A stretch of 57,110 bases of DNA from Candidatus Xenobia bacterium (GTDB taxonomy: Bacteria > Vulcanimicrobiota > Xenobia > Xenobiales > QWHO01): contig BTUM01000052.1 of assembly GCA_045863235.1 (NCBI GenBank), positions 1-57,110 of the forward strand. Reading direction: 5' to 3'. Within the stretch, counting starts at the first letter, position 1; every line of letters starts with the position of its first letter. A model generated the notes under the pieces. The model saw only the letters and a program-made list of their open reading frames with translations, searched no databases and had not been told where the DNA came from. Of the stretch, positions 34,814 through 42,971 are shown piece by piece. Position numbers and translations under genes: made by a program.

Positions 34814-36349
34814 ATGAAGAGAACTCCTCTCTTCTTCATGTCCAACGAGCCCTGGGCGGACGGCCCTTCCATTCTGTCGGTTCTGGAGAGCTGGGACGGC
34901 GCCGGTGAGCCGCCCCTGCCCGACGAGCAGGCCGATGGCCTGCGCTGGGCCGCCGGCGCCCAGGACGGCGTGCTCAGCCACCACACGGCCGCCCTCGACG
35001 AGGGGAAGGAGGCGGACCTGGTCTACCGGGCCGTGGAGCTGGTCCGAGGCTCGGTGGACTCCGAGCAAGCCCGGGCCGAGCTCTACCGCTTCTGCATGGA
35101 CGAGCCCGTGCTGGCCCTGGTGGACCCTTTGCTCGACGAGCTGCGCCGGCGGGGCCTGGCCAACCAGGTGCGCCCGGTGGCCACCTTCCTGATCCAGAAG
35201 GCCAGCCATCGAGGACCCCTCAAGCTGGGCATCTCGCTCTTGTCGGTGGGAGGACGGCTGGAGGACATCGGGGTGCTCAAGAAGCTGGCCCGCCACGACG
35301 AGTTCACCCTGTATGCGGCCGTGGCCGGCGCCCAGCTGGCCGGGCCCGACCCCACCAACCTGTGGTGGGATATGGCCCGGCACGTGCGCGGCTGGGGCAA
35401 GATCCACCTGGTGGAGCGGCTGGTGGACTACGCTCCCGGCAAGCCGGATCTTCGCCGCTGGTTGCTCGAGGAGGGTTGCGACAACTCCGTGATGCCCGAG
35501 TACCTGGCCTACGCCTGCGCCACCGGAGGACAGCTGCACCGGGCCCTGGAGCAGGACAACCCGGGCCCCCGGGTGCTCGACGGCGCCTGCCTCATCATGG
35601 GCGCATTGCTCGAGGGCGGCCCGGCCATGGACATCGACGACTACGAGGAGGGCCTGCAGGCCGTCAGCCTGCTGCTCGGCCACCTGGAGAAGCAGGCCAG
35701 CTTCGAGCAGCTCACCTTCGTGGGCGAGCTGGAGGGCTGGCTTACCAATCCCGAGACCGACTGGAGCCTGCGCGAGCCGCTGGGTTGGACGGCCGAGCAC
35801 CGCCAGGCCCTGCTCGAGCGCTGTCGCCGATTGCTCGAGCGCCCTCAGTGGCCGGAGCAGCTTCGTCAGGCCTATCAGAGCGACGACTTCGCCTTGCGTC
35901 ACCGGGCCTGGACCCTGGCCCCCAGGCTGGGGGTGGATCTGTGGGAGGAGGCCTTCACGCGTCTTCAGACCCAGGAGTCGCTCGATCCTTTCCTCTATTG
36001 GGGCTTGCTCGAGCGCGGCGACCTGGCTCGCCACCAGCGGGTCTACGATCAGGCCGAGTTGGCCCTGCCGCTCGGCTCCATGGCGCTGGGTCCGGCTGAG
36101 AAGTATGCCGCCGGGCTCGAGCACACGTGTCTGGAGTTCTTGCTCCAGGCCATGACGGCCGAGACCTACCGCGACCGTCTGGTGGCCACCGGCCTTCGCA
36201 GCCCCGGCATTCGCTGTCGGAGCCTGGCGGTGGGCGTGCTGGAGAAGACCGTGCCCGGTCCACTGGCCCGGGCGGCCGTGGAGCAGTCCTTGACCGACGA
36301 GGTCGTCCCCCGGGTCAAGGAGCGCCTGCAGGCCCTGCGTCGCGACTGA
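34814..36349 (+). CDS. Conserved hypothetical alpha-helical protein
   Basis: Long ORF with typical codon bias; blocks LPDE..W..GA.DGV, HDEFTLYA, GWGKIH.VERL, N.VM.EYLAY; function not recognisable. Confidence 0.8.
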   Translation: MKRTPLFFMSNEPWADGPSILSVLESWDGAGEPPLPDEQADGLRWAAGAQDGVLSHHTAALDEGKEADLVYRAVELVRGSVDSEQARAELYRFCMDEPVLALVDPLLDELRRRGLANQVRPVATFLIQKASHRGPLKLGISLLSVGGRLEDIGVLKKLARHDEFTLYAAVAGAQLAGPDPTNLWWDMARHVRGWGKIHLVERLVDYAPGKPDLRRWLLEEGCDNSVMPEYLAYACATGGQLHRALEQDNPGPRVLDGACLIMGALLEGGPAMDIDDYEEGLQAVSLLLGHLEKQASFEQLTFVGELEGWLTNPETDWSLREPLGWTAEHRQALLERCRRLLERPQWPEQLRQAYQSDDFALRHRAWTLAPRLGVDLWEEAFTRLQTQESLDPFLYWGLLERGDLARHQRVYDQAELALPLGSMALGPAEKYAAGLEHTCLEFLLQAMTAETYRDRLVATGLRSPGIRCRSLAVGVLEKTVPGPLARAAVEQSLTDEVVPRVKERLQALRRD

Positions 36350-36398
36350 CCCGGAAGAGGAAGGGCCCGCCCCGGGTCGCCCAGAACCACCGGCCCCG

Positions 36399-37076
36399 AT
36401 GGCAAGACGCGAGGGACCCTCCGAATTCGTCGTGATCGGGCTGGGCCGTTTCGGCTACAGCCTCGCCTTGAAGCTTACCCAGCTCGGGCACAGCGTGCTG
36501 GCCATCGACTCCAACCCGCGTCTGGTGCAGGAGGTTTCCGGCGATCTGCCCGGCGCCGTGGCGCTGGACGCCACCGACGAAGAGGCCCTGCGCGAGATCG
36601 GGGTGGAGTATTTCCCCACCGCCGTGGTGGCCATCGGCGACGATTTCGAGAGCAACATCCTGGTCACCGCCCTGCTCAAAGAGCTGGGCATCGGACAGGT
36701 GATCTGCAAGGCCTCCACCGTGCGCCAGCAGAAGATCCTGTTGCGGGTGGGCGCCGACGCGGTGATGCTGCCCGAGCACGAGGCCGGGGTGCGCCTGGCC
36801 ACCGAGCTGGCCTCGCCCGGCAAGGTGCTGGAGCGGCTCGAGTTGCAGCCAGGCATCAGCGTCAGCGAGGTGCCCTGTCCCGACCAGCTGGCCGGACGAA
36901 CACTGGTTGACCTGGACCTGCCCAAGCACCTGGGCGTGACCGTTGTGGCCTTGCGGGGGGCGCGTGAGGTGGCCATGCCCGGCCCGAACGAGAAGCTGCA
37001 GGCCGGTGATCGACTGGTGCTGGTGGGCACCGACCAGGATATCGCGCGCCTGGAAACCTGGCATCCGACCGGATGA
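36399..37076 (+). CDS. ktrA: TrkA/KtrA potassium uptake regulatory subunit
   Basis: VIGLGRFG Rossmann motif, GAD.V..PE.EAG, TrkA-C domain. Confidence 0.92.
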   Translation: MARREGPSEFVVIGLGRFGYSLALKLTQLGHSVLAIDSNPRLVQEVSGDLPGAVALDATDEEALREIGVEYFPTAVVAIGDDFESNILVTALLKELGIGQVICKASTVRQQKILLRVGADAVMLPEHEAGVRLATELASPGKVLERLELQPGISVSEVPCPDQLAGRTLVDLDLPKHLGVTVVALRGAREVAMPGPNEKLQAGDRLVLVGTDQDIARLETWHPTG

Positions 37077-38479
37077 CCGACCCTCGGGAGCAGTGCCTGG
37101 AGGTCGCCGGGCGCGTGCAGTCCAGCTTGCAGCTGGCCAGCCGGCAACGTCACGCGCAGCAGCGGCGGCTGGCTCCTCCCCTGCGCCTCTTGCTGGGCAT
37201 GGCCGGCCTGGTGGCGGTGGGGACCCTGCTGCTGGCCATGCCCGTGTGCGGAACCGAGCGCCCCCTCACCTTGATGGAAGCCTTCTTTACAGCCGTCTCT
37301 GCCCTGGCTACCACGGGGCTGACCGTGATCACGCCCGGCCAGGACCTGTCCCTGACCGGGCAACTGGTGCTGCTGGGACTGATGCAGGTGGGCGGAGTGG
37401 GCTACATGGTCCTGGCCGTGGCCGTTTTCATGCTGCTGGGACGCCAGGTCTCGATGGAAGAGCGCATCACTCTGCGCGACTCGCTGGGCCTGGTCTCGGC
37501 CGCCTCCATTCTGCAGCTCTTGCGGGCCGTGCTGGTGGGGGTGCTGACCATCGAGCTGATCGGAGCCGTGCTTCTCTTCGGGCTCTGGGCCCCTCGCTTC
37601 GGACTGGCCCAGGCCGCCTACCAGGCCGTCTGGCATTCGGTCTCGGCCTTCTCCAACGCCAGCTTCGACCTGTTCTCGGGCTCTCCCATCGCCCCGGCAG
37701 GCTTTCCCCACGATGCTCCCACCCTGCTGGTCATCTCCGCCCTGGTCATTCTTGGCAGCATCGGCATTCCGGTGCTTTCCGACGTGGTTCGCTGGCCCAA
37801 GAACCGGCGTCTGTCGGTGCATACCCGGCTGACCCTGGTCACCGTGGCCCTCTTGCTGGTGGCCGGCACCGTCATCTTGTTCGTGGGCTTCTCGAGACAG
37901 GGGGACCTGTTCTCCGACCTGCCCTGGCAACGTCGCCTGCTGCTTTCGTGGTTCCACTCGGCCTCCGCGCGCACGGCTGGCTTCGTGCTCGAAGATCTGC
38001 ACGAGATGTCCCACGCCAACGTCCTGGTCTTGAGCGTGCTGATGTTCATCGGGGGCTCGCCGGCCTCGATGGGCGGCGGGATCACGACCAGCACCCTGGC
38101 GGTGCTGGTGCTGGCCCTGCTCTCGCACGTGCGGCGCAGGCCTCAGGTCGTCTTCGCGCGTCGCTCCCTCTCCTCGGGCACGATCTTCAAGGCCGCCGCC
38201 ATCCTGACCCTGGCCATGGGCTTCGTGGGTCTGATCTCCTGGCTCTTGCTCTTGACCCAGCAGGCCACGCTGGCCGAGGCCCTGTTCGAAACCGTCTCCG
38301 CCTTCGCCACCTGCGGCTTCACGCTGGGACTGACCCCGCGCCTGGATGCCTTCGGGCAGTTGCTGATCTGTCTGACCATGTTCTGCGGCCGCCTGGGGGT
38401 CCTGACGGTGGTGGCGGCCTTCACCGAGCCGGCTCGGACGCTGGTCACCTACCCCGAGGAGAAGATCCTGATCGGCTAA
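37073..38479 (+). CDS. ktrB: TrkH/KtrB potassium uptake membrane subunit
   Basis: FTAVSA..TTGL, HSVSAF.NA.F, RTAGF, MFIGGSP.S.GGGI, FETVSAFAT.G.TLG, MF.GRLG. Confidence 0.93.
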   Translation: MTDPREQCLEVAGRVQSSLQLASRQRHAQQRRLAPPLRLLLGMAGLVAVGTLLLAMPVCGTERPLTLMEAFFTAVSALATTGLTVITPGQDLSLTGQLVLLGLMQVGGVGYMVLAVAVFMLLGRQVSMEERITLRDSLGLVSAASILQLLRAVLVGVLTIELIGAVLLFGLWAPRFGLAQAAYQAVWHSVSAFSNASFDLFSGSPIAPAGFPHDAPTLLVISALVILGSIGIPVLSDVVRWPKNRRLSVHTRLTLVTVALLLVAGTVILFVGFSRQGDLFSDLPWQRRLLLSWFHSASARTAGFVLEDLHEMSHANVLVLSVLMFIGGSPASMGGGITTSTLAVLVLALLSHVRRRPQVVFARRSLSSGTIFKAAAILTLAMGFVGLISWLLLLTQQATLAEALFETVSAFATCGFTLGLTPRLDAFGQLLICLTMFCGRLGVLTVVAAFTEPARTLVTYPEEKILIG

Positions 38480-38519
38480 GGCGCCACGCGTTTCACACTT
38501 CTTGGATTGAGCGCAGCCC

Positions 38520-39122
38520 TTAGAGCAAGCGCTCCCCGGCCGCGCCGTATGCCTCCAGGGGGCCTGCCTGGGCCGGCCGCTCGGCGGCAAACATGGTATA
38601 AATCTGGCAGTCGCGCAGTTTCTGCCCGGGAAGGCCCAGGCGACGCCGCAGGGTGGCCTCCAACTGGAAGCCCAGTTTTTTCGGCACGGCCGCGCTGGCC
38701 ACGTTGGCCGGGTCGACCCGGATCTCCACCCGGTCGACCTGGTGCAGCTCGAAAGCGACCCGGGTCAGAGCCAGGGCCGCCTCGGTGGCCAGGCCCTGGC
38801 CCAGGTGATGGCGATCGATCCAGTAGCCGATCTCGAGGCCCCCCGGGCCCTGGCGGCGATGGAGCCCCGCGCCTCCCATCACCTGATCCTGCGAGCGCGA
38901 GAAAAGGCCGTAAGCAAAGTCCTCATCCCGGTCGAAGTTGGACCGAAACCTGCGCAGCAGCTGCACTTTTTCCTCGACCGGAGTGGGCTCGTCCTGGGCC
39001 CAGGGCATCCAGGGACGCAGATGCTCGAGGTTGTCATCGATGCTTGCTTTGAGCCGGGCCGCGTCGCCGGGTTGCCAGCAGCGAAGCTCGAGGCGGGGGG
39101 TCACGATGCGATAAGCAGGCAT
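38520..39122 (-). CDS. RimJ/RimL family GNAT N-acetyltransferase
   Basis: TPRLELR, HLRPWMPW, EIGYW...GQGLATEA, N.AS..VPKKLGF..E. Confidence 0.92.
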   Translation of the reverse strand: MPAYRIVTPRLELRCWQPGDAARLKASIDDNLEHLRPWMPWAQDEPTPVEEKVQLLRRFRSNFDRDEDFAYGLFSRSQDQVMGGAGLHRRQGPGGLEIGYWIDRHHLGQGLATEAALALTRVAFELHQVDRVEIRVDPANVASAAVPKKLGFQLEATLRRRLGLPGQKLRDCQIYTMFAAERPAQAGPLEAYGAAGERLL

Positions 39123-39176
39123 GGACGGGGTGTTCGAGAGGAGGTTCGCACTTCCGCCCTTGAACGACTCTCAAGC

Positions 39177-40406
39177 ATGGAGCTCGCCGAGTATTACGTC
39201 GACCTGCACGTCCACGTGGGCCGCAACGGCAGGGGGCAGCCTGTCAAAATCACGGCCAGCCGCAACCTGACCTTCGCCGCCATCATCAAGGAGTGCCTCG
39301 AGCGCAAGGGTATCGACCTGGTTGGCATCATCGACTGCGCCTGCACGGGGGTCCTGGAAGACCTCAAGAAGCTGGTCGATCGGGGCGAGCTGCTCGAGTT
39401 GCCCGAGGGGGGGCTGCGCCACAAGGACCGGGTGACTGTCATCGCCGGGGCCGAAGTCGAGGCGGTGGAGGAGGAGGGGGGAGTCTCCCACCACCTTTGC
39501 TACTTCCCCTACCTGCGGAACCTGTCCGAGTTCTCCCGGGTCATGCGGCGCTACATCACCAACATGGAGCTCTCCTCGCAGCGCTGCGGCCTGCCCGCGC
39601 GCGAGCTGATGGCCGTGGTGGAGGCGACCGGCGGGGTCATGGTGCCGGCCCACGCCTTCACTCCCCACAAGAGCGTCTACGGCAACGCGGGCCGGCGCCT
39701 GGAGCAGCTCTTCACCGGCCGACAGGGCGACCTGGTGGCCCTCGAGCTGGGCCTGTCGGCCGACTCCGAGCTGGCCGACCACCTGAGCGAGCTGCGCGAC
39801 TTGACCTTCCTGTCCAATTCCGACGCCCATTCGCTGGAGAAGATCGCTCGCGAGTACAACGTGATGCTGCTGGGCGCGCCCAACTTCCGCGAGTTGATGC
39901 TGGCCTTCAAGCGCGAGGCGGGGCGCCAGGTGGTGGCCAACTACGGGATGGACCCGCGCCTGGGGCGCTATCATCGCTCATGGTGCGTCGATTGCGACCG
40001 CCCCGTGTCAGGCCTGGCCCCTCAGCTTCGCTGCTCGGTCTGCGGAGCAAGCGGCAACGACGCGCGGCACTTCGTGCGGGGAGTGCTCGATCGGGTTCGC
40101 GACATCGCCGACGGCCCTTCTCAGCCTCCCTCGCATCGTCCGCCTTACCGTTACCAGATTCCTCTCCATTTCGTGGCGGGTCTGGGTCGGTCGGCCCTGG
40201 ACCGGCTGATCGCCTGCTTCGGGAGCGAGATGGCCGTGCTGCACAAAGCCCGCAAGGAAGAGCTGATCGGCCTGGTGGGGTATCCTCTGGCCAGCCAGAT
40301 CCTGCTGGCCCGCCAGGGGCTGCTGAGGCTGGAGGCAGGGGGCGGAGGTCACTACGGCCGGGTGGCCGGGGCCGAGGAGGCGGTCGAGCAGCTGGCGCTG
40401 TTCTGA
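39177..40406 (+). CDS. Endonuclease Q family PHP-domain protein (TIGR00375-like)
   Basis: DLHVH, PAHAFTP, ELGLSAD, FLSNSDAHS...IAREYN, G.DPRLGRYH, CxxC..CxxC, GV.DR, GGGG.YG. Confidence 0.9.
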   Translation: MELAEYYVDLHVHVGRNGRGQPVKITASRNLTFAAIIKECLERKGIDLVGIIDCACTGVLEDLKKLVDRGELLELPEGGLRHKDRVTVIAGAEVEAVEEEGGVSHHLCYFPYLRNLSEFSRVMRRYITNMELSSQRCGLPARELMAVVEATGGVMVPAHAFTPHKSVYGNAGRRLEQLFTGRQGDLVALELGLSADSELADHLSELRDLTFLSNSDAHSLEKIAREYNVMLLGAPNFRELMLAFKREAGRQVVANYGMDPRLGRYHRSWCVDCDRPVSGLAPQLRCSVCGASGNDARHFVRGVLDRVRDIADGPSQPPSHRPPYRYQIPLHFVAGLGRSALDRLIACFGSEMAVLHKARKEELIGLVGYPLASQILLARQGLLRLEAGGGGHYGRVAGAEEAVEQLALF

Positions 40407-40418
40407 GGCCTCGGGCAG

Positions 40419-40826
40419 TCATTGGGGCAGCAAGGGAAACCCCAGAGCATGAGCATTCTCGCGCACTCGCCGGTCAAGAGAGGCGATGTGCAAGTGGAGA
40501 ACCGAGTGCCGAAGATCCAGGGCGGTGATCAAGTGGATGGCATCCAGCGTCCTGACCGGTTCCATGGGAAATTCCTGGCCCGTCAAGCTCAGCAATCGCG
40601 AGTCCAGGGGGACGAGGTCCCACCTCGTGCGAAAGGCGGCCAACCTCTGGTGAGCCGGATCACCGGGGGTCGCGCGCAATCGGCGCAAAGCCCGCAGACA
40701 CTCCGCCTGAGTGAGCTCGGAAGTCAGAAAGGCCCGGGCCCCATCCAGCGCTCTCCCGACCGCCCGGGCTTCTGGCTCAAGCAGGACGAGGCTCAGAACC
40801 GAGCTTGTCTCGAGGTAGACGTTCAA
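40419..40826 (-). CDS. vapC: PIN-domain VapC family toxin
   Basis: VYLETSSVL, SELT.AE, RTLDAIHL.TA, S.D.RV..NA..LG. Confidence 0.9.
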   Translation of the reverse strand: MNVYLETSSVLSLVLLEPEARAVGRALDGARAFLTSELTQAECLRALRRLRATPGDPAHQRLAAFRTRWDLVPLDSRLLSLTGQEFPMEPVRTLDAIHLITALDLRHSVLHLHIASLDRRVRENAHALGFPLLPQ

Positions 40827-41128
40827 CCCTCGTCCCGGTCCTCGTCGAGGAGCCTCTGCGCGGTTCCGCTCGGGTGGGGCTCACCCCCGGGCAAAGAGGC
40901 GAGGAACCCCGGCTGGTTCCGTTGGGGGGCCAGCTTGATTTCGCCTCGCGCGACCTTCTCCCAGAACGTGGGAGGGTAGTCCTCGAATCCTGGGGGAACG
41001 CTGGAGGGTTGACGCAGCTCGGCCACGACACGACCGTGATCCGTCACCAGGATCACTTCCCCGGCCGCCACTCTGCGCAGACAGGCGCTGAGGTTGTTCT
41101 TCAAGTCGCGGACGCCAATCTTCTCCAT
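40823..41128 (-). CDS. Phd/YefM family antitoxin
   Basis: MEKIGVRDLKNNLSACLRRVAAGEVILVTDHGRVVAEL; overlaps the toxin start. Confidence 0.92.
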   Translation of the reverse strand: MEKIGVRDLKNNLSACLRRVAAGEVILVTDHGRVVAELRQPSSVPPGFEDYPPTFWEKVARGEIKLAPQRNQPGFLASLPGGEPHPSGTAQRLLDEDRDEG

Positions 41129-41163
41129 GTGGCCATAATAGCCAGTTGGGTCGGGGCCGTCAA
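41129..41163 (-). promoter_or_regulatory. sigma70-type leaderless promoter of the Phd-VapC operon
   Basis: Minus strand TTGACG(41163-41158)-N17-TATTAT(41140-41135), then 6 nt to ATG 41128; TGGCTA and TGGCCA boxes flank the -10. Confidence 0.75.
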
Positions 41164-41193
41164 CGCGAGCGTGGCCGGGAATTGCAAGAATCG

Positions 41194-41364
41194 TTAGATC
41201 TCGCCGTCTTCGGCCAGGGTGCGCATGGCCAGGTCGCGCACCCTGGTGATGGCCTCCTCCCTGGTCTCGGCGTAAGCGAGAATCCAGGGGATCTCCAGCA
41301 CTTCGGCCACCCAGCGGCCATCCGCTTCTTGTTCGGCTTCGATCGTAAACGGCTCTTTGGTCAT
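41194..41364 (-). CDS. HicB-family antitoxin-like small protein (56 aa, absent from the ORF track)
   Basis: Translated by hand: MTKEPFTIEAEQEADGRWVAEVLEIPWILAYAETREEAITRVRDLAMRTLAEDGEI, matching the HicB pattern E.DG.W.AEV..LP...YG.T.EEA. Confidence 0.8.
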   Translation of the reverse strand: MTKEPFTIEAEQEADGRWVAEVLEIPWILAYAETREEAITRVRDLAMRTLAEDGEI

Positions 41365-41410
41365 GGGAGGGCCCCAATTCGCCGATTCAGGGCTGTCTCC
41401 CTCCGCCTGC

Positions 41411-41460
41411 TTGACAGGACATGGTTAATCCGTCTAAAAGGTTAATTGGTATAAACCATT
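41411..41460 (+). promoter_or_regulatory. Promoter and probable MarR operator of the efflux operon
   Basis: TTGACA at 41411; AT-rich patch with GGTTAAT twice, inverted pair ATGGTTAAT/ATAAACCAT and TGGT-ATAA-ACCA. Confidence 0.55.
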
Positions 41461-41540
41461 GAGTGCCCGGGACTGCTGCGGTTCGATGCAAAGCGCGAGG
41501 AGCAGTCGACAACTTTGCGACGACAGGAGCGGTCGAGAAT

Positions 41541-42971
41541 TTGACCTGGCGAAGAGTCCTGCTGGTGGTCGGACTGCTGCTGGTGGCTGTGACGCTCTGG
41601 CGTCTGGTCGAGCGCTTGAGCGAGAAATCGGGCCGCTCGGGTCCGCGCACCCCTCCGGTGGTCTCGCTGGCGGCGGTGGAGGTGCGCGACCTGGAGCAGA
41701 GCTTCGAGGCCGTGGGCTCGGTGGAGTCGCCTCACCGGGTGGAGATCTCCCCCAAAGTCAGCGGGCGCATCGACTACCTGACCGTCCAGGGGGGGGATCG
41801 GGTGCGCAAGGGCCAGGTGCTGGTCCGGCTCGACGACGCCGACCTGGTGGCCCAGGTCAACCAGCGCGAGGCGGCCGTGGCCGAGGCTCGCTATCGGCTG
41901 GCCCAGGCCCGCCTGACGCGAGGCTCCACCGAAGCTTCGGTGGCCAGCGAGCTGGGCCAGCAGGAAGCCGCCCTGGCCACCGCTCAGGCCGACCTCGAGC
42001 AGATGCGCCAGAGCACCCAGGCTCAGGTGGGTGCGGCCGAAGCCGCCCTGGGCAGCGCCCGGGCCAGCCTGGACAACGCCAGGGCCCGTCAGGCGCGCGT
42101 CCAGAGCCTGTACGATCAGGCCTTTACTGCCGCTCAGGACCTGGATGACGCCCGCACCGCCACCGAGGTCGCCCAGGAGAATCTGAACGCCGCCCGCGAG
42201 AACCTTCGTGCCGCAAGAGCCAAAGCCAGCGCCGACCTGGCCGCCTCCGAAGCCCGTTTGAAGCAAGCCCGGGCGGCTCTTGATTTTGCTCGGGCCAACA
42301 CCGTGCAGGGCGCCGCCTATGGGGAGAACCTGGCCGCCCTGGAGGCGGTCGTCAAAGCCGCCGAGGCAGGCTTGCAGAGCGCTCGCTCCCGGCTGCAGGA
42401 CACGGTGCTGGTCAGCCCCCTGGACGGCTGGGTGACGGCGCGCTCGGTCGACCCGGGCAACGTGGTCGAGCCGGGCACCTCCATTCTGACCGTGCAAGCT
42501 TCAGGAGACCTGTGGGTCACCGTGCCGGTGCCCGAGGAGGTGCGGCCCCGGCTGGAAATCGGAGACCCGGCCACGATCAAGCTCGATTCGCTCCCCGACA
42601 AGACGCTGGCGGGGGAGATCGTGCTCATCAACGCAGCCGCCGACCCTCAGAGCCGCCAGTTTCTCATGCGGGTGCGGGTCGAGCCGGATTCACGCATCCG
42701 GCCCGGGATGTATGCCCGCGTCAGCGTGCCGCTCGAGCAGGCCCGCAAGAGTGTTGCCGTGCCGCGCGACGCGGTGCGTGAGGGCCCCTCGGTGCTGGTG
42801 CTGGACCGGGAGGACAGGGTCGTCCGCCGGGTGGTCAAGCTGGGGATGTCCACGGCCGACTGGCAGCAAGTTTTGGAGGGCGTGGAGCCGGGTGACCGGG
42901 TGGTCACCCTGAGCGCCGTCCCCCTCAAGGACGGCCAGCAGGTCAGGCCGGAAGGGGAGAGTGGCAAGTGA
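41541..42971 (+). CDS. RND efflux periplasmic adaptor (membrane fusion protein)
   Basis: N-terminal TM, ISPKVSGRI..V..GD.V.KGQVL, long coiled coil, SPLDG.V, RPGMYA; TTG 41541 follows AGGAG. Confidence 0.93.
   Translation: MTWRRVLLVVGLLLVAVTLWRLVERLSEKSGRSGPRTPPVVSLAAVEVRDLEQSFEAVGSVESPHRVEISPKVSGRIDYLTVQGGDRVRKGQVLVRLDDADLVAQVNQREAAVAEARYRLAQARLTRGSTEASVASELGQQEAALATAQADLEQMRQSTQAQVGAAEAALGSARASLDNARARQARVQSLYDQAFTAAQDLDDARTATEVAQENLNAARENLRAARAKASADLAASEARLKQARAALDFARANTVQGAAYGENLAALEAVVKAAEAGLQSARSRLQDTVLVSPLDGWVTARSVDPGNVVEPGTSILTVQASGDLWVTVPVPEEVRPRLEIGDPATIKLDSLPDKTLAGEIVLINAAADPQSRQFLMRVRVEPDSRIRPGMYARVSVPLEQARKSVAVPRDAVREGPSVLVLDREDRVVRRVVKLGMSTADWQQVLEGVEPGDRVVTLSAVPLKDGQQVRPEGESGK

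Noticed and set aside
34814..36349. Enzymatic (hydroxylase-type) assignment for the conserved helical protein
   Set aside because: No metal- or flavin-binding motif is visible; left as hypothetical.
36350..36398. c-di-AMP (ydaO) riboswitch upstream of ktrAB
   Set aside because: The intergenic gap is only about 50 nt and lacks the conserved elements.
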